NCBI GenBank assembly: GCA_002269645.1
Contig: NIVC01002013.1
Coordinates: 124,001-188,000 of the forward strand
Origin: Macrostomum lignano
Lineage: Eukaryota
Direction: 5' to 3'
DNA length: 64,000 nucleotides
The notes below the pieces were generated by a model that was not told the origin of the DNA, made no database searches, and saw only the letters and a list, made by a program, of their open reading frames with translations. Position 1 is the stretch's first letter. Each line of letters opens with the position of its first letter. This document shows positions 39,436 through 50,574 of this stretch, one piece after another. The translations under genes were made by a program, and so were the position numbers.

Positions 39436-40560
39436 GGACACTATTGGCGCCATCTCTGACACTATTGACGCCATATTTGACACTATTGGCGCCATCTCTG
39501 ACACTATCGACGCCATATTTGATACTATTGGCGCCATCTCTGACACTATTGGCGCCATCTCTGACACTATTAACGCCATATCTGACACTATTGGTGCCAT
39601 CTCTGACACATTATTGGCGCCATCTCTGACATTATTGGCGCCATCTCTGACACTATTGACGCCATCTTTGACACAATATTGGCGCTATCTCTGACACACT
39701 ATTGGCGCCATCTTCGACACACTACCAGCGCCAACTTTGACACACTACTGGCACCATCTCTGAGATAATTGGCACCAACTCTAACACACTATTGGCGCCA
39801 TCTCTGGCACACTATTGGCGCCATCTCTGACACGCTATCGACGCCATCTCTAATACACTGTCGGCGCCGCTATCTTTGACACACTATTGACGCCATCTCT
39901 GACAAACTATCGGCGCCATCTTTAACATAATCAGAGCAGTCTCTGAGACATAATCCGCGCCATCTCTGATACACTTTTGGTGCCATCTTCGACACACTAC
40001 TGGCGCCTTCTTTGACACACTACCGGCGCCAACTCTGAGGTAATCGGCGCTATCTCTAACACACTATTGGTGCCATCTCTGGCACACTATTGGCGCCATC
40101 TCTGACACTATTGGCGCCATCTCTGATACTATTGGCGCCATCTCTGACACTATTGGTGCCATCTCTGACACTATTGGCGCCATATCTGACACTATTGGTG
40201 CCATCTCTGACACATTATTGTTAGCATATCTGACACTATTAACGCCATCTTTGACACACTATTGGCGCCATCTTCGACACACTACTGGTGCCTTCTTTGA
40301 CACACTACTGGCGCCATCTCTGAGATAATCGGCGCCATCTCTAACACACTATTGGCGCCATCTCTGGCACACTATTGGCGCCATATCTGACACGCTTTCG
40401 GCGCCATCTCTAATACACTATCGGCGCCGCTATCTTTGACACACTATTGGCGCCATCTCTGACAAACTGTCGGCGCCATCTTTAAGATAATCGGAGCAAT
40501 CTCTGACACGCGATTGGCGTCATCTCTGAGACAATCAGCGCCACTTTTATCTAATATATC
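39436..40560. repeat. About 21-bp degenerate intronic minisatellite (ACACTATTGGCGCCATCTCTG)
   Basis: Tandem units with larger duplicated blocks. Confidence 0.9.
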
Positions 40561-40659
40561 GGTGATAATATCGGCGCTATTTTCTATCTTTCCAGATCTA
40601 GTACAGAAAGTCTAGTAGTGTTACTATAAAAAAGTACTTTATTACCATTATCAACGCAG

Positions 40660-40983
40660 GGCAGCCTGGTTGTCACCCTAACAGACGGTCGCGAGCTGCC
40701 CGCAGAGCTGATAGCCATAGACGCTGAGAGCGACATGGCTCTAGTGAAGGTGTCGGCTCGCGACCTTCCCGTGCTACCGTTGGGCCAGTCGAAGCGCTGC
40801 CGAGCTGGCGAATGGGTCATCGCGATTGGCTCTCCGCTGACCCTCAGCAACACGGTCACGGTTGGTATTCTCAGCAATACAGCCAGAAATTTGGGCACCG
40901 GTAGCAATATTGAGTATCTGCAAACTGATGCCGCCATCACGTTTGGCAATTCTGGCGGGCCATTGGTGGATATGCATGGCCAG
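40660..40983 (+). CDS. HTRA2: HTRA2 exon 2
   Basis: DAESDMALVK (Asp), GEWVIAIGSP, YLQTDAAITFGNSGGPL (Ser). Phase 0 at both ends. Confidence 0.95.
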
Positions 40984-41016
40984 GTGAGCCCGGTATTTTT
41001 ATTATTGCCTGTTTAA

Positions 41017-41910
41017 CACCTGTTAGACAGAAGCTATACCTGTTAGACATAAGCTATACTTGTTAGACAGAAGCTATACCTGTTAGACATAAGCTATACT
41101 TGTTAGACAGAAGCTATACCTGTTAGACATAAGCTATACTTGTTAGACAGAAGCTATACCTGTTAGACAGAAGCTATACTTGTTAGACATAAGCTATACC
41201 TGTTAGATAGAAGCTATACCTGTTAGACAGAAGCTATACTTGTTAGACAGAAGCTATACTTGTTAGACAGAAGCTATACATGTTAGATAGAAGCTATACC
41301 TGTTAGACAGAAGCTATACTTGTTAGACAGAAGCTATACATGTTAGACAGAAGCTATACTTGTTAGACAGAAGCTATACATGTTAGACAGGAGCTATACA
41401 TGTTAGACAGAAGCTATACTTGTTAGACAGAAGCCTCACCTGTTAGACAGAAGCTATACTTGTTAGACAGAAGCCTCACCTGTTAGACAGAAGCTATACT
41501 TGTTAGACAGAAGCCTCACCTGTTAGACAGAAGCCTCACCTGTTAGACAGAAGCCTTTTCTGCTAGGCAGAAGCCTCACCTGTTAGACGGAAGCTTTACC
41601 TGTTAGACAGGAGCCTCACCTGTTAGACGGTAACTTTACCTGTTAGACAGGAACCTCCCCTGTTAGACAGAAGCCTCACCTGTTAGGCAGAAGCCTCACC
41701 TGTTAGACAGAAGCCTTATCTGCTAGGCAGAAGCCTCACCTGTTAGACAGAAGCCTCACCTGTTAGACGGAAGCCTCACCTGTTAGACGGAAGCTTTACC
41801 TGTTAGACAGGAACCTCACCTGTTAGACAAACCCTCAACTGTTAGACAAAACCCTCAACTGTTAGACGGAAGCTTTATCTATAAGACAGAAGCCTCACCT
41901 GTTAGACACA
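41017..41910. repeat. 20-bp intronic minisatellite (ACCTGTTAGACAGAAGCTAT drifting to ...AAGCCTC)
   Basis: Direct tandem repeat. Confidence 0.93.
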
Positions 41911-41933
41911 ATTTCCGCGCACTTTTACTGCAG

Positions 41934-42371
41934 GCGATCGGCATCAACACGCTGAAAGCGGACGCTGGCATCAGCTTCGCCATTCCCATCGACGAGGCGA
42001 AGAATTTCGTAGACCAGGCCCTGTCCACCTCTCGCCAAGTGATCAGCCGGCCAAAGGCCTACCTGGGCCTCACGCTGCTGTCGCTCAACCCCACCATCGC
42101 CAGGCGGGTCTTCGGTCGCGATGGCATTGACAAAGGCGTCCTGGTGCACTCGGTTCACCCGGACTCGCCAGCTCAGCGGGCCGGCCTGGCCAGTTATGAC
42201 GTCATTCTGACTGCGGACGGCGAGCCGGTTCGTCGGGTGTCCGATCTGCACCGCGCTGTTGCCAAGGCAACGCAAAGAGGCGGTGGTAAATCTGTGACTG
42301 TTCGATTGCTGGTGCTGCGGTCTGGGCGCGAGCTTCAGCTGGATGTGCAGCCAGAACTGCAGGGCGGATGA
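41934..42371 (+). CDS. HTRA2: HTRA2 exon 3 with PDZ domain
   Basis: AIGINTLKADAGISFAIP...YLGLTLLSL...GVLVHSVHPDSPAQRAGL..DVI. Confidence 0.95.
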   Translation, partial: AIGINTLKADAGISFAIPIDEAKNFVDQALSTSRQVISRPKAYLGLTLLSLNPTIARRVFGRDGIDKGVLVHSVHPDSPAQRAGLASYDVILTADGEPVRRVSDLHRAVAKATQRGGGKSVTVRLLVLRSGRELQLDVQPELQGG

Positions 42372-42856
42372 GTGGCTGGTGACTATGGCCAGGTTTAAAG
42401 CCATTGAGGAAATATTGAGTATCAGCTTCTGCCTGTCTTTACTGTGTCTTTGTGCCTGTGTGTCTGCCTGTGTGTCTGCCTGTCTGTCTGCTCTGTCTGT
42501 CTGCTCTGTCTGTTAGTTTTCCTGCTGCAAATCTTTCAGAAGCTAAAGGATGCGAAAGAAGAGCTAGACAGGCTTATCCTGCGATTTAGTGTGTTAATAT
42601 GGCTAGTAGACCTGCCGTCTTTGATGCTTAGTTGAATAAAATGCAAGTATTGACTCCCAGCATCGCCTATTATTAGTTAATAAATAATTGTAATTAATTT
42701 TTTGCGCTCATAGTTTAATGTGTAGATATAATAAAAAGTTACTTGCTTAGAGACCGTGAGAGACACTGCATATTTCTAATGTCTTCGTTTGAAATTTCAA
42801 TTTCATTAAATAGTTCATACTTTTAGTAGTCAATGCAAATCAGGGACTTATTAGCA

Positions 42857-44148
42857 AATCCCAGATCCTCATAATTCAGCTATTCAAATCCCAGATCCTC
42901 ATAATTCAGCCATTCAAATCCCAGATTCTCATAATTCAGCCATTCAAATCCCAGATCCTCATAATTCAGCTATTCAAATCCCAGATCCCCATAATTCAGC
43001 TATTCAAATCCCAGATCCTCATAATTCAGCCATTCAAATCCCAGATCCTCATAATTCAGCTATTGAAATCCCAGACCCTCATAATTTAGCTATTCAAATC
43101 CCAGATATTCATAATTCAGCTATTCAAATCCCAGATCCTCATAATTCAGCTATTGAAATCCCAGACCCTCATAATTTAGCTATTCAAATCCCAGATATTC
43201 ATAATTTAGCTATTCAAATCCCAGATCCTCATAATTCAGCTATTTAAATCCCAGATATTCATAATTTAGCTATTCAAATCCCAGATTCTCATAATTCAGC
43301 TATTTAAATCCCAGATCCTCATAATTTAGCTATTCAAATCCCAGATCCCCATAATTCAGCTATTCAAATCCCAGATCCCCATAATTCAACTATTCAAATC
43401 CCAGATCCCCATAATTCAGCTATTTAAATCCCAGATTCTCATAATTCAGCTATTCAAATCCCAGATCCCCATAATTCAGCTATTTAAATCCCAGATTCTC
43501 ATAATTCAGCTATTCAAATCCCAGATCCTCATAATTCAACTATTCAAATCCCAGATCCCCATAATTCAACTATTCAAATCCCAGATCCCCATAATTCAGC
43601 TATTCAAATCCCAGATCCCCATAATTCAGCTATTCGAATCCCAGATCCCCATAATTCAGCTATTCAAATCCCAGATCGCCATAATTCAGCTATTCAAATC
43701 CCAGATCGCCATAATTCAGCTATTCAAATCCCAGATCCCCATAATTCAGCTATTCAAATCCCAGATCCTCATAATTCAGCTATTGAAATCCCAGATCCTC
43801 ATAATTTAGCTATTCAAATCCCAGATCCTCATAATTTAGCTATTCAAATCCCAGATTCTCATAATTCAGCTATTCAAATCCCAGATCCTCATAATTCAGC
43901 TATTCAAATCCCAGATCCTCATAATTTAGCTATTCAAATCCCAGATCCTCATAATTTAGCTATTCAAATCCCAGATTCTCATAATTCAGCTATTCAAATC
44001 CCAGATCCTCATAATTCAGCTATTCAAATCCCAGATCCCCATAATTCAGCTATTTACGCTCGTAAGTCCCAGATCCTCATAACTCAGCTATTCAAATCCC
44101 AGATCCCACAATTCAGCCATTCAAATCCCAGATCCTCATAATTCAGCT
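42857..44148. repeat. 30-bp minisatellite between HTRA2 and MESD
   Basis: Unit TCAGCTATTCAAATCCCAGATCCTCATAAT, ending about 25 nt before the MESD acceptor. Confidence 0.96.
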
Positions 44149-44171
44149 GAACTCCCAATTCCCCTTTCCAG

Positions 44172-44732
44172 GCGACTGCAGCTGTCCGGTCTCTGCTGCT
44201 CCTGTGCCTGCTGCTCCCAGCCAGCAGCTCGGCCGAGCAGAAGAAGCCGCTGTCCGAGTACTCTGACGCAGACTTGGAGCGACTCTACAAGCAGTGGGAA
44301 GAAAGCGATCCGGACTCGGAGCCCGAGAGCACGAGCTGGAAGAGTCCACAGTTGGATCTGACCAAGGTGCCGGATTTGACAGATCCCACACTAATCCTGC
44401 AGCACTCCAGCCGTGGCCAGCCGGTGCCTCTGATTGTCCGCATCGCTGGAGCCGAGGGTCGCGACTCCGTATGGCTGGAGAATCTGTCGCGCAACTGGCA
44501 GCTGGAGATGTTCAACGCTCACATGGAGACAACTAGGCGAGTTGTAGAAGACGGCACGGTGCAACTGATCGCTCTTGATGGCTCTCAGGTGGTGAAAGTG
44601 CGCGAATATTTGCTAGCCCAGCCTAACTGTTATTCTGTCACTATCGAGGGTCACACTGTACTCGGTAGGGGCGCTCCAGCTGCTGAAGTGGCCGCTGCCG
44701 CCGCTGCTAAAGCCAAAAATACTGAACTATGA
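44172..44732 (+). CDS. MESD: MESD/boca LDL-receptor-family ER chaperone; starts at a splice acceptor with no ATG
   Basis: Signal-like LLLLCLLLP, EYSDADLERLYKQWEE, W..EMFNA, DGS....V.EYL..Q..C..VTIEG and C-terminal NTEL. In-frame TGA at 44148. AATAAA at 44801. Confidence 0.9.
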   Translation, partial: ATAAVRSLLLLCLLLPASSSAEQKKPLSEYSDADLERLYKQWEESDPDSEPESTSWKSPQLDLTKVPDLTDPTLILQHSSRGQPVPLIVRIAGAEGRDSVWLENLSRNWQLEMFNAHMETTRRVVEDGTVQLIALDGSQVVKVREYLLAQPNCYSVTIEGHTVLGRGAPAAEVAAAAAAKAKNTEL

Positions 44733-44949
44733 ACAGTAGTATAGTAGTGTTAACTTTGTATTTTTTTAAAAATGATTTCAACTTATTTTGTTATGTACAC
44801 AATAAATTGTCTGCTTCAATCAATGTTTTAAATTACATGTAAATTCATTGTGCGATAACATTTTTTTGTGTGATTTCCTTGTTCAAACTTTATAATATAG
44901 TAAATGTTTTTTTCAACAATATAAAGTACATTCAGGTCTGTCCCCTCCT

Positions 44950-45135
44950 AAATGTACATTTACACCTCTACCCCCTTCAGGGCGTACATTCACAGCTCTA
45001 CCCCCCAGAATGTACATTTACACCTCTACCCCCAGAGTGTACATTTACAGCTCTACCCTCCAGAGTGTACATTTACAGCTCTACCCTCTCCCAGAGTGTA
45101 CATTCACAGCTCTACCCTCCAGTGTATCCAGTGTA
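44950..45135. repeat. About 27-bp short tandem array (GTGTACATTTACAGCTCTACCCTCC)
   Basis: About 6 degenerate units. Confidence 0.8.
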
Positions 45136-45724
45136 CATGCAATTTGTGGACGCTCCTTAATTGGTTAACATAGGTCAATTACTTTAGTCTAGTCATTCTG
45201 AGTTTCCTTACATGACACCCTAATATGCTAAAATTCTTTAGTAGTTCTAACCAAAGAATTCTGTGGTTCTAAATAAGCAATTAAATTCTTCCTGTGATGT
45301 TGAATCATAAAGGTTGTATCGTGACTTATTTATTATCTTAACTGTTGATTTTGTCTTTATGTTAATTAGTTTGACCGTTTATTTAATGTTCCATTGATTT
45401 ACTTTTAGTCCTACTTTTAGTAGCAATATATGCTGTTATTTTAAAATTATGCGAGCAAGAGATTTTCGTCAGTTCAAGAAAAGCACTCTGGTTGTATTTC
45501 TGCATAATATTGTTTTAAAATGTACGGTATATTTCCTTAGATCAATCATGCCGGATTTACATTAACAGACCAATTGATTCTACGAGTACCACTAAAAATC
45601 AAAAGCATTTATTTTGGTCTTCATTTATTTGTTGGAAAAAAGGAAGCCGCTTCTATTGAATCATCTTTTTTGGCTCCTTCAGGTTCTGTAAAGCTCAGGG
45701 TTTGCGATAGAGAGAGACAGTAGT

Positions 45725-46008
45725 TTAACTTGGCCTTGGCTTTACTTTATTGTACAGCACTATCTTCTTGTCTGCATAGCGGCTGCGGGAGGGTCGCTGC
45801 TGTTGCTGTTGCTGCTGCTGGAGCCGCTTGATTTCTGCCAACTGTTTGGGCGACAGTTTGGCCTCCCGTTCGGCGACACGCTGTGCCACCGATTCCGTCA
45901 GCTCTTTGAGCTCCGGAAAGTCGTCGAGATTGTCGATTAGCGGGATCAGCAGTGGCTCGATGCTTGGGTGCTTGCTGGCTGGAATTGGGCGATGCAGGTG
46001 AATTGAGA
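45725..46008 (-). CDS. CXorf65: CXorf65/C22orf15-family protein, last exon
   Basis: (V)SIHLHRP...IEPLLIPLIDNLDDFPELKEL resembles the family's LL-NL-D-YPEL segment. Phase-1 acceptor matches the exon at 49842. Confidence 0.7.
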
Positions 46009-46011
46009 CTG

Positions 46012-46781
46012 CATTCTTGATGGGCCGAGTGATAGACGGGAATGTACACTCGATTGGGATAGAGAGGCTGTATGTACATTCTTGATAGGCGGAGTGGTGA
46101 TAGTGAGACTGTACACTCGATTGGGATAGAGAGGCTGTATGTACATTCTTGATAGGTGGAGTGGTGATAGTGAGACTGTACACTCGATTGGGATAGAGAG
46201 GCTGTATGTACATTCTTGATAGGTGGAGTGGTGATAGTGAGACTGTACACTCGATTGGGATAGAGAGGCTGTATGTACATTCTTGATAGGTGGAGTGGTG
46301 ATAGTGAGACTGTACACTCGATTGGGATAGAGAGGCTGTATGTACATTCTTGATAGGTGGAGTGGTGATAGTGAGACTGTACACTCGATTGGGATAGAGA
46401 GGCTGTATGTACATTCTTGATAGGCGGAGTGGTGATAGTGAGACTGTACACTCGATTGGGATAGAGAGGCTGTATGTACATTCTTGATAGGTGGAGTGGT
46501 GATAGTGAGACTGTACACTCGATTGGGATAGAGAGGCTGTATGTACATTCTTGATAGGTGGAGTGGTGATAGTGAGACTGTACACTCGATTGGGATAGAG
46601 AGGCTGTATGTACATTCTTGATAGGTGGAGTGGTGATAGTGAGACTGTACACTCGATTGGGATAGAGAGGCTGTATGTACATTCTTGATAGGCGGAGTGG
46701 TGATAGTGAGACTGTACACTCGATTGGGATAGAGAGGCTGTATGTACATTCTTGATAGGCGGAGTGGTAGAGGGGATTGTA
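46012..46781. repeat. 67-bp intronic minisatellite, left part (interrupted by the Crypton)
   Basis: Unit TGTACACTCGATTGGGATAGAGAGGCTGTATGTACATTCTTGATAGGTGGAGTGGTGATAGTGAGAC. Confidence 0.96.
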
Positions 46782-46934
46782 ATATTCCTGCACGAAAACG
46801 AGACGCACGAGTTTGCGTGTAGGAAAATCATTGTCTTTTGACCATAGACAAAGTCATTACTGCACGGTTTTCGAGAAACGTTAAGAAGAGATGAAAATTG
46901 AGTGGAGAGTTTATAGAAAAGTGTATAAAGCTTA

Positions 46935-48008
46935 TTGACTATGGCGTCTGTAATCGACTCGGCTCTGAATCCTCCATTAATTGATTTTCGCTATGCTACG
47001 GTGTCTGGATTAATTGGCGACGAAATGTTTATTGAAAGTGTGTCCAGCAACTTTGAGAGGACGGGCGACGATTTGACTCCACTGATAGCGGATTGCACGT
47101 TCAGCGAGGAATTAGAGAAACTTTTCAGCTCGGATCCGGAAACCTTGTGTAACCTTGACGAATTGGAAAGTCTGGCCGCTCAACTGGAACGCGACAACGA
47201 ATGTCATTCGACTGTCTCTAAGGATAAAGCTGTGATCAACCGCTTGACGGCCTGGTTGGCGGAGAATAATTTAAAAGTGGATTACGCGACTGCTTCGGTG
47301 GAAGAAATTGCCAAATGGGTCCGCTACTTCTATGCGACTCTGCGTAAGTCAGACGGCAGCTTCTATTCGCCGAATACAATCGTAGGAATTCGAGCCGCAC
47401 TGTTCAGGTACTTTATGAAATTACCTGACCTCAATATCATCGCTCACGAGGCTTTTCATAGCGCGAATTTGATGGTGAAGAATGTTTGCAATGCGTATTT
47501 GAAGTCCGGTGGTCGAGTGCAGCATTACGAAGCCATTGAGTCGGACGACCTTTTCAAGCTTGCTTCTTACTTCGACAGAAGCACTCCAACACGTTTGCAA
47601 GAAGAGGTATATTTCAATGTGTTATTTTATTTCGGCAATCGCGGCAGAGAATGGCTACGAGGTCTCACTGTTCGTTCATTCCGAGAGAAGGCCCCATCAA
47701 ACGGAGCTATGGCGATCGAGTTGCAAGGCAGCACCTCAAAGCTTTATTTGTCGAAAATTACTGCCGTGCCGGGTTGGAATCAGGAGGACTTCTTTCTGCG
47801 TCCGAAACCACGAGTGAATGCGGATGGCATCTGGTACACCAAAGTACCAGTTGGAATCAACACTTTGGGGCCGTTGCTCAAGAAGATCTCTTCGAATGCT
47901 AACCTGTCCAAGCTGTACACTCCGCATTGTGTGCGACCTACAGTTGTTACGGAGCTGCATGAAGCTGGCTTTTCTGTCGAAAAAATTGCGAAGGTGACAG
48001 GTCACAAG
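46935..48008 (+). CDS. Crypton tyrosine recombinase (DUF3504/KCTD1-ZMYM-related), exon 1; start uncertain
   Basis: LRKSDG..YS..T....RAAL.RY, FGNRGRE (Arg), WYTKVPVGINTL, YTPHCVRPT (H-x-x-R), VTGHK (His). Confidence 0.9.
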
Positions 48009-48084
48009 GTGAGCAATTCTTTATTCTTAGTAAGTTTATTGACACATGGACAAGGAATTTATTAAACACCACCTCTATTCACAG

Positions 48085-48435
48085 AATAGCGCGTCGGTAG
48101 AACGATACATCCGGAGAGGCAAGAAGAGGGACTCGATCATGGCAGGGATGAGTGATCAGCTGACAGTCGCTCTAGCTGGAACTATGCCGGCACCAAGTTC
48201 TACATTGAGCGAAGCTCCTGCAAGGGCTGTTACAACTACCGACCCGTGCGCCCTGAGCGACGCTCCTACAAGGGCTGTTGCGACTACCGACCCGTGCGGA
48301 TCAGCGTCAATGTCAACTGTCAAGAAGTCACTGGTTGTTGAAGAATCGACCACCACACTTTTAGCAGCCCCCACTAAGCGGATGAAGATTTTGGCAAACG
48401 GCAAAACGAATGTTGTGCAGTTTATTTTCGAGTAA
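48085..48435 (+). CDS. Crypton recombinase exon 2 with the catalytic Tyr
   Basis: 76-bp GT-AG intron (48009-48084), phase 0, giving TGHK|NSASVERYI. Confidence 0.85.
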   Translation, partial: NSASVERYIRRGKKRDSIMAGMSDQLTVALAGTMPAPSSTLSEAPARAVTTTDPCALSDAPTRAVATTDPCGSASMSTVKKSLVVEESTTTLLAAPTKRMKILANGKTNVVQFIFE

Positions 48436-48695
48436 ATGCCGAGAGGGGTGTGAGTAGGTCTATAGACTCATTAACTGTTTCCCTAGTTCCACTTATTATC
48501 CTTTTTGTTCTTCCATATTGTTATTGATTACATATTCAGTTGCTTCTAAAAAAAAATTGTTAAATCGTGCAGGAATGAAGTCATTCCTGCACGATAAGCT
48601 AACGTATGTCAAGTGATTTCTACCATAGACACAGACATTCCTGCACGATAATAAATCGAAAAAAATCATTCCTGCACGCTGTGGTCAAACGACAA

Positions 48696-49010
48696 TGTAC
48701 ACTCGATTGGGATAGAAAGGCTGTATGTACATTCTTGATAGGCGGAGTGATAGAGGGGATTGTACACTCGATTGGGATAGAAAGGCTGTATGTACATTCT
48801 TGATAGGCGGAGTGATAGAGGGGATTGTACACTCGATTGGGATAGAAAGGCTGTATGTACATTCTTGATAGGCGGAGTGATAGAGGGGATTGTACACTCG
48901 ATTGGGATAGAAAGGCTGTATGTACATTCTTGATAGGCGGAGTGGTGATTGTGAGACTGTATACTCGATTGGGATAGAGAGGCTGTATGTACATTCTCGA
49001 TAGGTGGAGT
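48696..49010. repeat. 65/67-bp minisatellite, right part
   Basis: Same unit family as 46012-46781. Confidence 0.93.
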
Positions 49011-49654
49011 GGTAGATATCTCTAGGCGGAGTGGTAAATATCTCTAGGCGAGATATGTACACTGTAGTACATGTAGGAGGATAATTAAAAACTTTAAGGA
49101 ACAAAATACAGTGTACATTGTTTCTATCGATGCAGGCAGTGGTGAGCACTATAGGGTTCTGATGCTCTCGGTTCTAGGAAATATTGATTTTTTATTCTTA
49201 TCAATTCGAATGAGATCATTCTTTGATTAAGCGTTTAAGACTTCCGGGAGTGAACTAAAATTAATCAATCTATGAAAGCTTTTGAACTCCCACCCTTCCT
49301 ACCTTAGGTACATTAGTTTAAATGAAATTAAAAGATACAAAATACTATAGTTATCCAATAAACCTAATTGGAATTGAAAAAAACATTAGAAGCGCTTTTC
49401 ACTGTAAAGACTTTTATAATACAAATGATATTCCTGTTGTTGAGTAGTTAATCAGATATATTAAGGAATTTTCCATTTTACTGTACGACCTCCTCTTGTA
49501 AGCAATTTAATCAAATCAGAAGTTAATCCGGCTTTACGTTGAAGAACAATTTGGAAATTAAAATAACTGCGTCTTGCAATAAAGCGTGATAGCAGTTCAA
49601 AATGTATTCGAGTGCACTGCAGACAGTCATTTTAACACATTTCTCATTCACAGA

Positions 49655-49815
49655 TTTAGACCTTATCTACAGATTTCACATCTACAGATTTCTTATCTGC
49701 AGATTTCTCATTCACACATTTCTCATCTACAGATTTCTCATCTACAGATTTCTCATTCACACATTTCTCATCTACAGATTTCTCATTCACACATTTCTCA
49801 TCTACAGATTTCTCT
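49655..49815. repeat. 15-bp tandem repeat (TTCTCATCTACAGAT / TTCTCATTCACACAT)
   Basis: Direct tandem repeat next to a donor site. Confidence 0.85.
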
Positions 49816-49841
49816 CCCAGAGATTTGCAATCCCTGCTCAC

Positions 49842-49961
49842 CTTGCAATTTGCACAGAACGACAACATCCCGACTGCCAATCTGATCCGATAGCGATTCG
49901 TGATCCTGCAGCTCGGGCAGCTTGAGCAGTTGGCCACCCACTGTGCTGAGCTCGATGACAG
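49842..49961 (-). CDS. CXorf65: CXorf65-family exon 3
   Basis: (T)VIELSTVGGQLLKLPEL...VVVLCKLQ, AG/GTGAGC, phase 1 at both ends. Confidence 0.75.
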
Positions 49962-50574
49962 CTGGAATAGGAAAGTTTTTATACATTTTTAGTATGTAGC
50001 CAGGCTCTTAAAATTGTGGAAATCCTAGATATTTTTATTGTGAAATGCCTGACAGGAAGCTTAGCAAGTTTCAGTGGGAGATTTTTTCCAATCTGACAAA
50101 TAGTTCGCAGCAGGAGGCAAAAAAACACGATTACAGCATTTTTCCCATGAACTTATCTCAACAGAATTTTTTCACGCTTGTAGCTGCTACAATCACATGT
50201 AAGCAATACAGACAACTCATCATCTGTTCGCTGCGTACGAGTACTCGTATACGCAGTAGTGTTATATTTCCACCGAGTTCCTCCGGGAGAACTGTAGCAT
50301 CCAGCTAGCTAGCTGGTTATGACACCAACACTGCCAACCAACATGCTTGACCTGTCACTACACGTATTGGAAATTTCACCCTACGTCAGTTGCTTACCCG
50401 GCTAAAAATAAATAGAATTGAGGCTTTTTAACGAAACAGATGAGTGAACAGCAAAACCTCAGCAAAATGTTTTTACAGGGCACAAAAGATCTGCTTTGAC
50501 TCTTTGGACTTTTAATGTATTGAAAACTAAAAGGGTTACGCAGGATTCTGTTGAGGCACGCAGGGGTCGGAAAA

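Larger units (their letters stand above)
46782..48699 (+). mobile_element. Crypton-type tyrosine recombinase DNA transposon
   Basis: Flanked by TGTA direct repeats (46778-46781, 48696-48699); removing it restores a satellite unit. No TIR/TSD of the DDE type. Iterated ATTCCTGCACG motifs at both ends. Confidence 0.85.

Noticed and set aside
39057-42404. Minus-strand ORFs over HTRA2; likewise those over the GPCRs, MESD and the Crypton
   Set aside because: Antisense or alternate-frame shadows of GC-rich coding exons.
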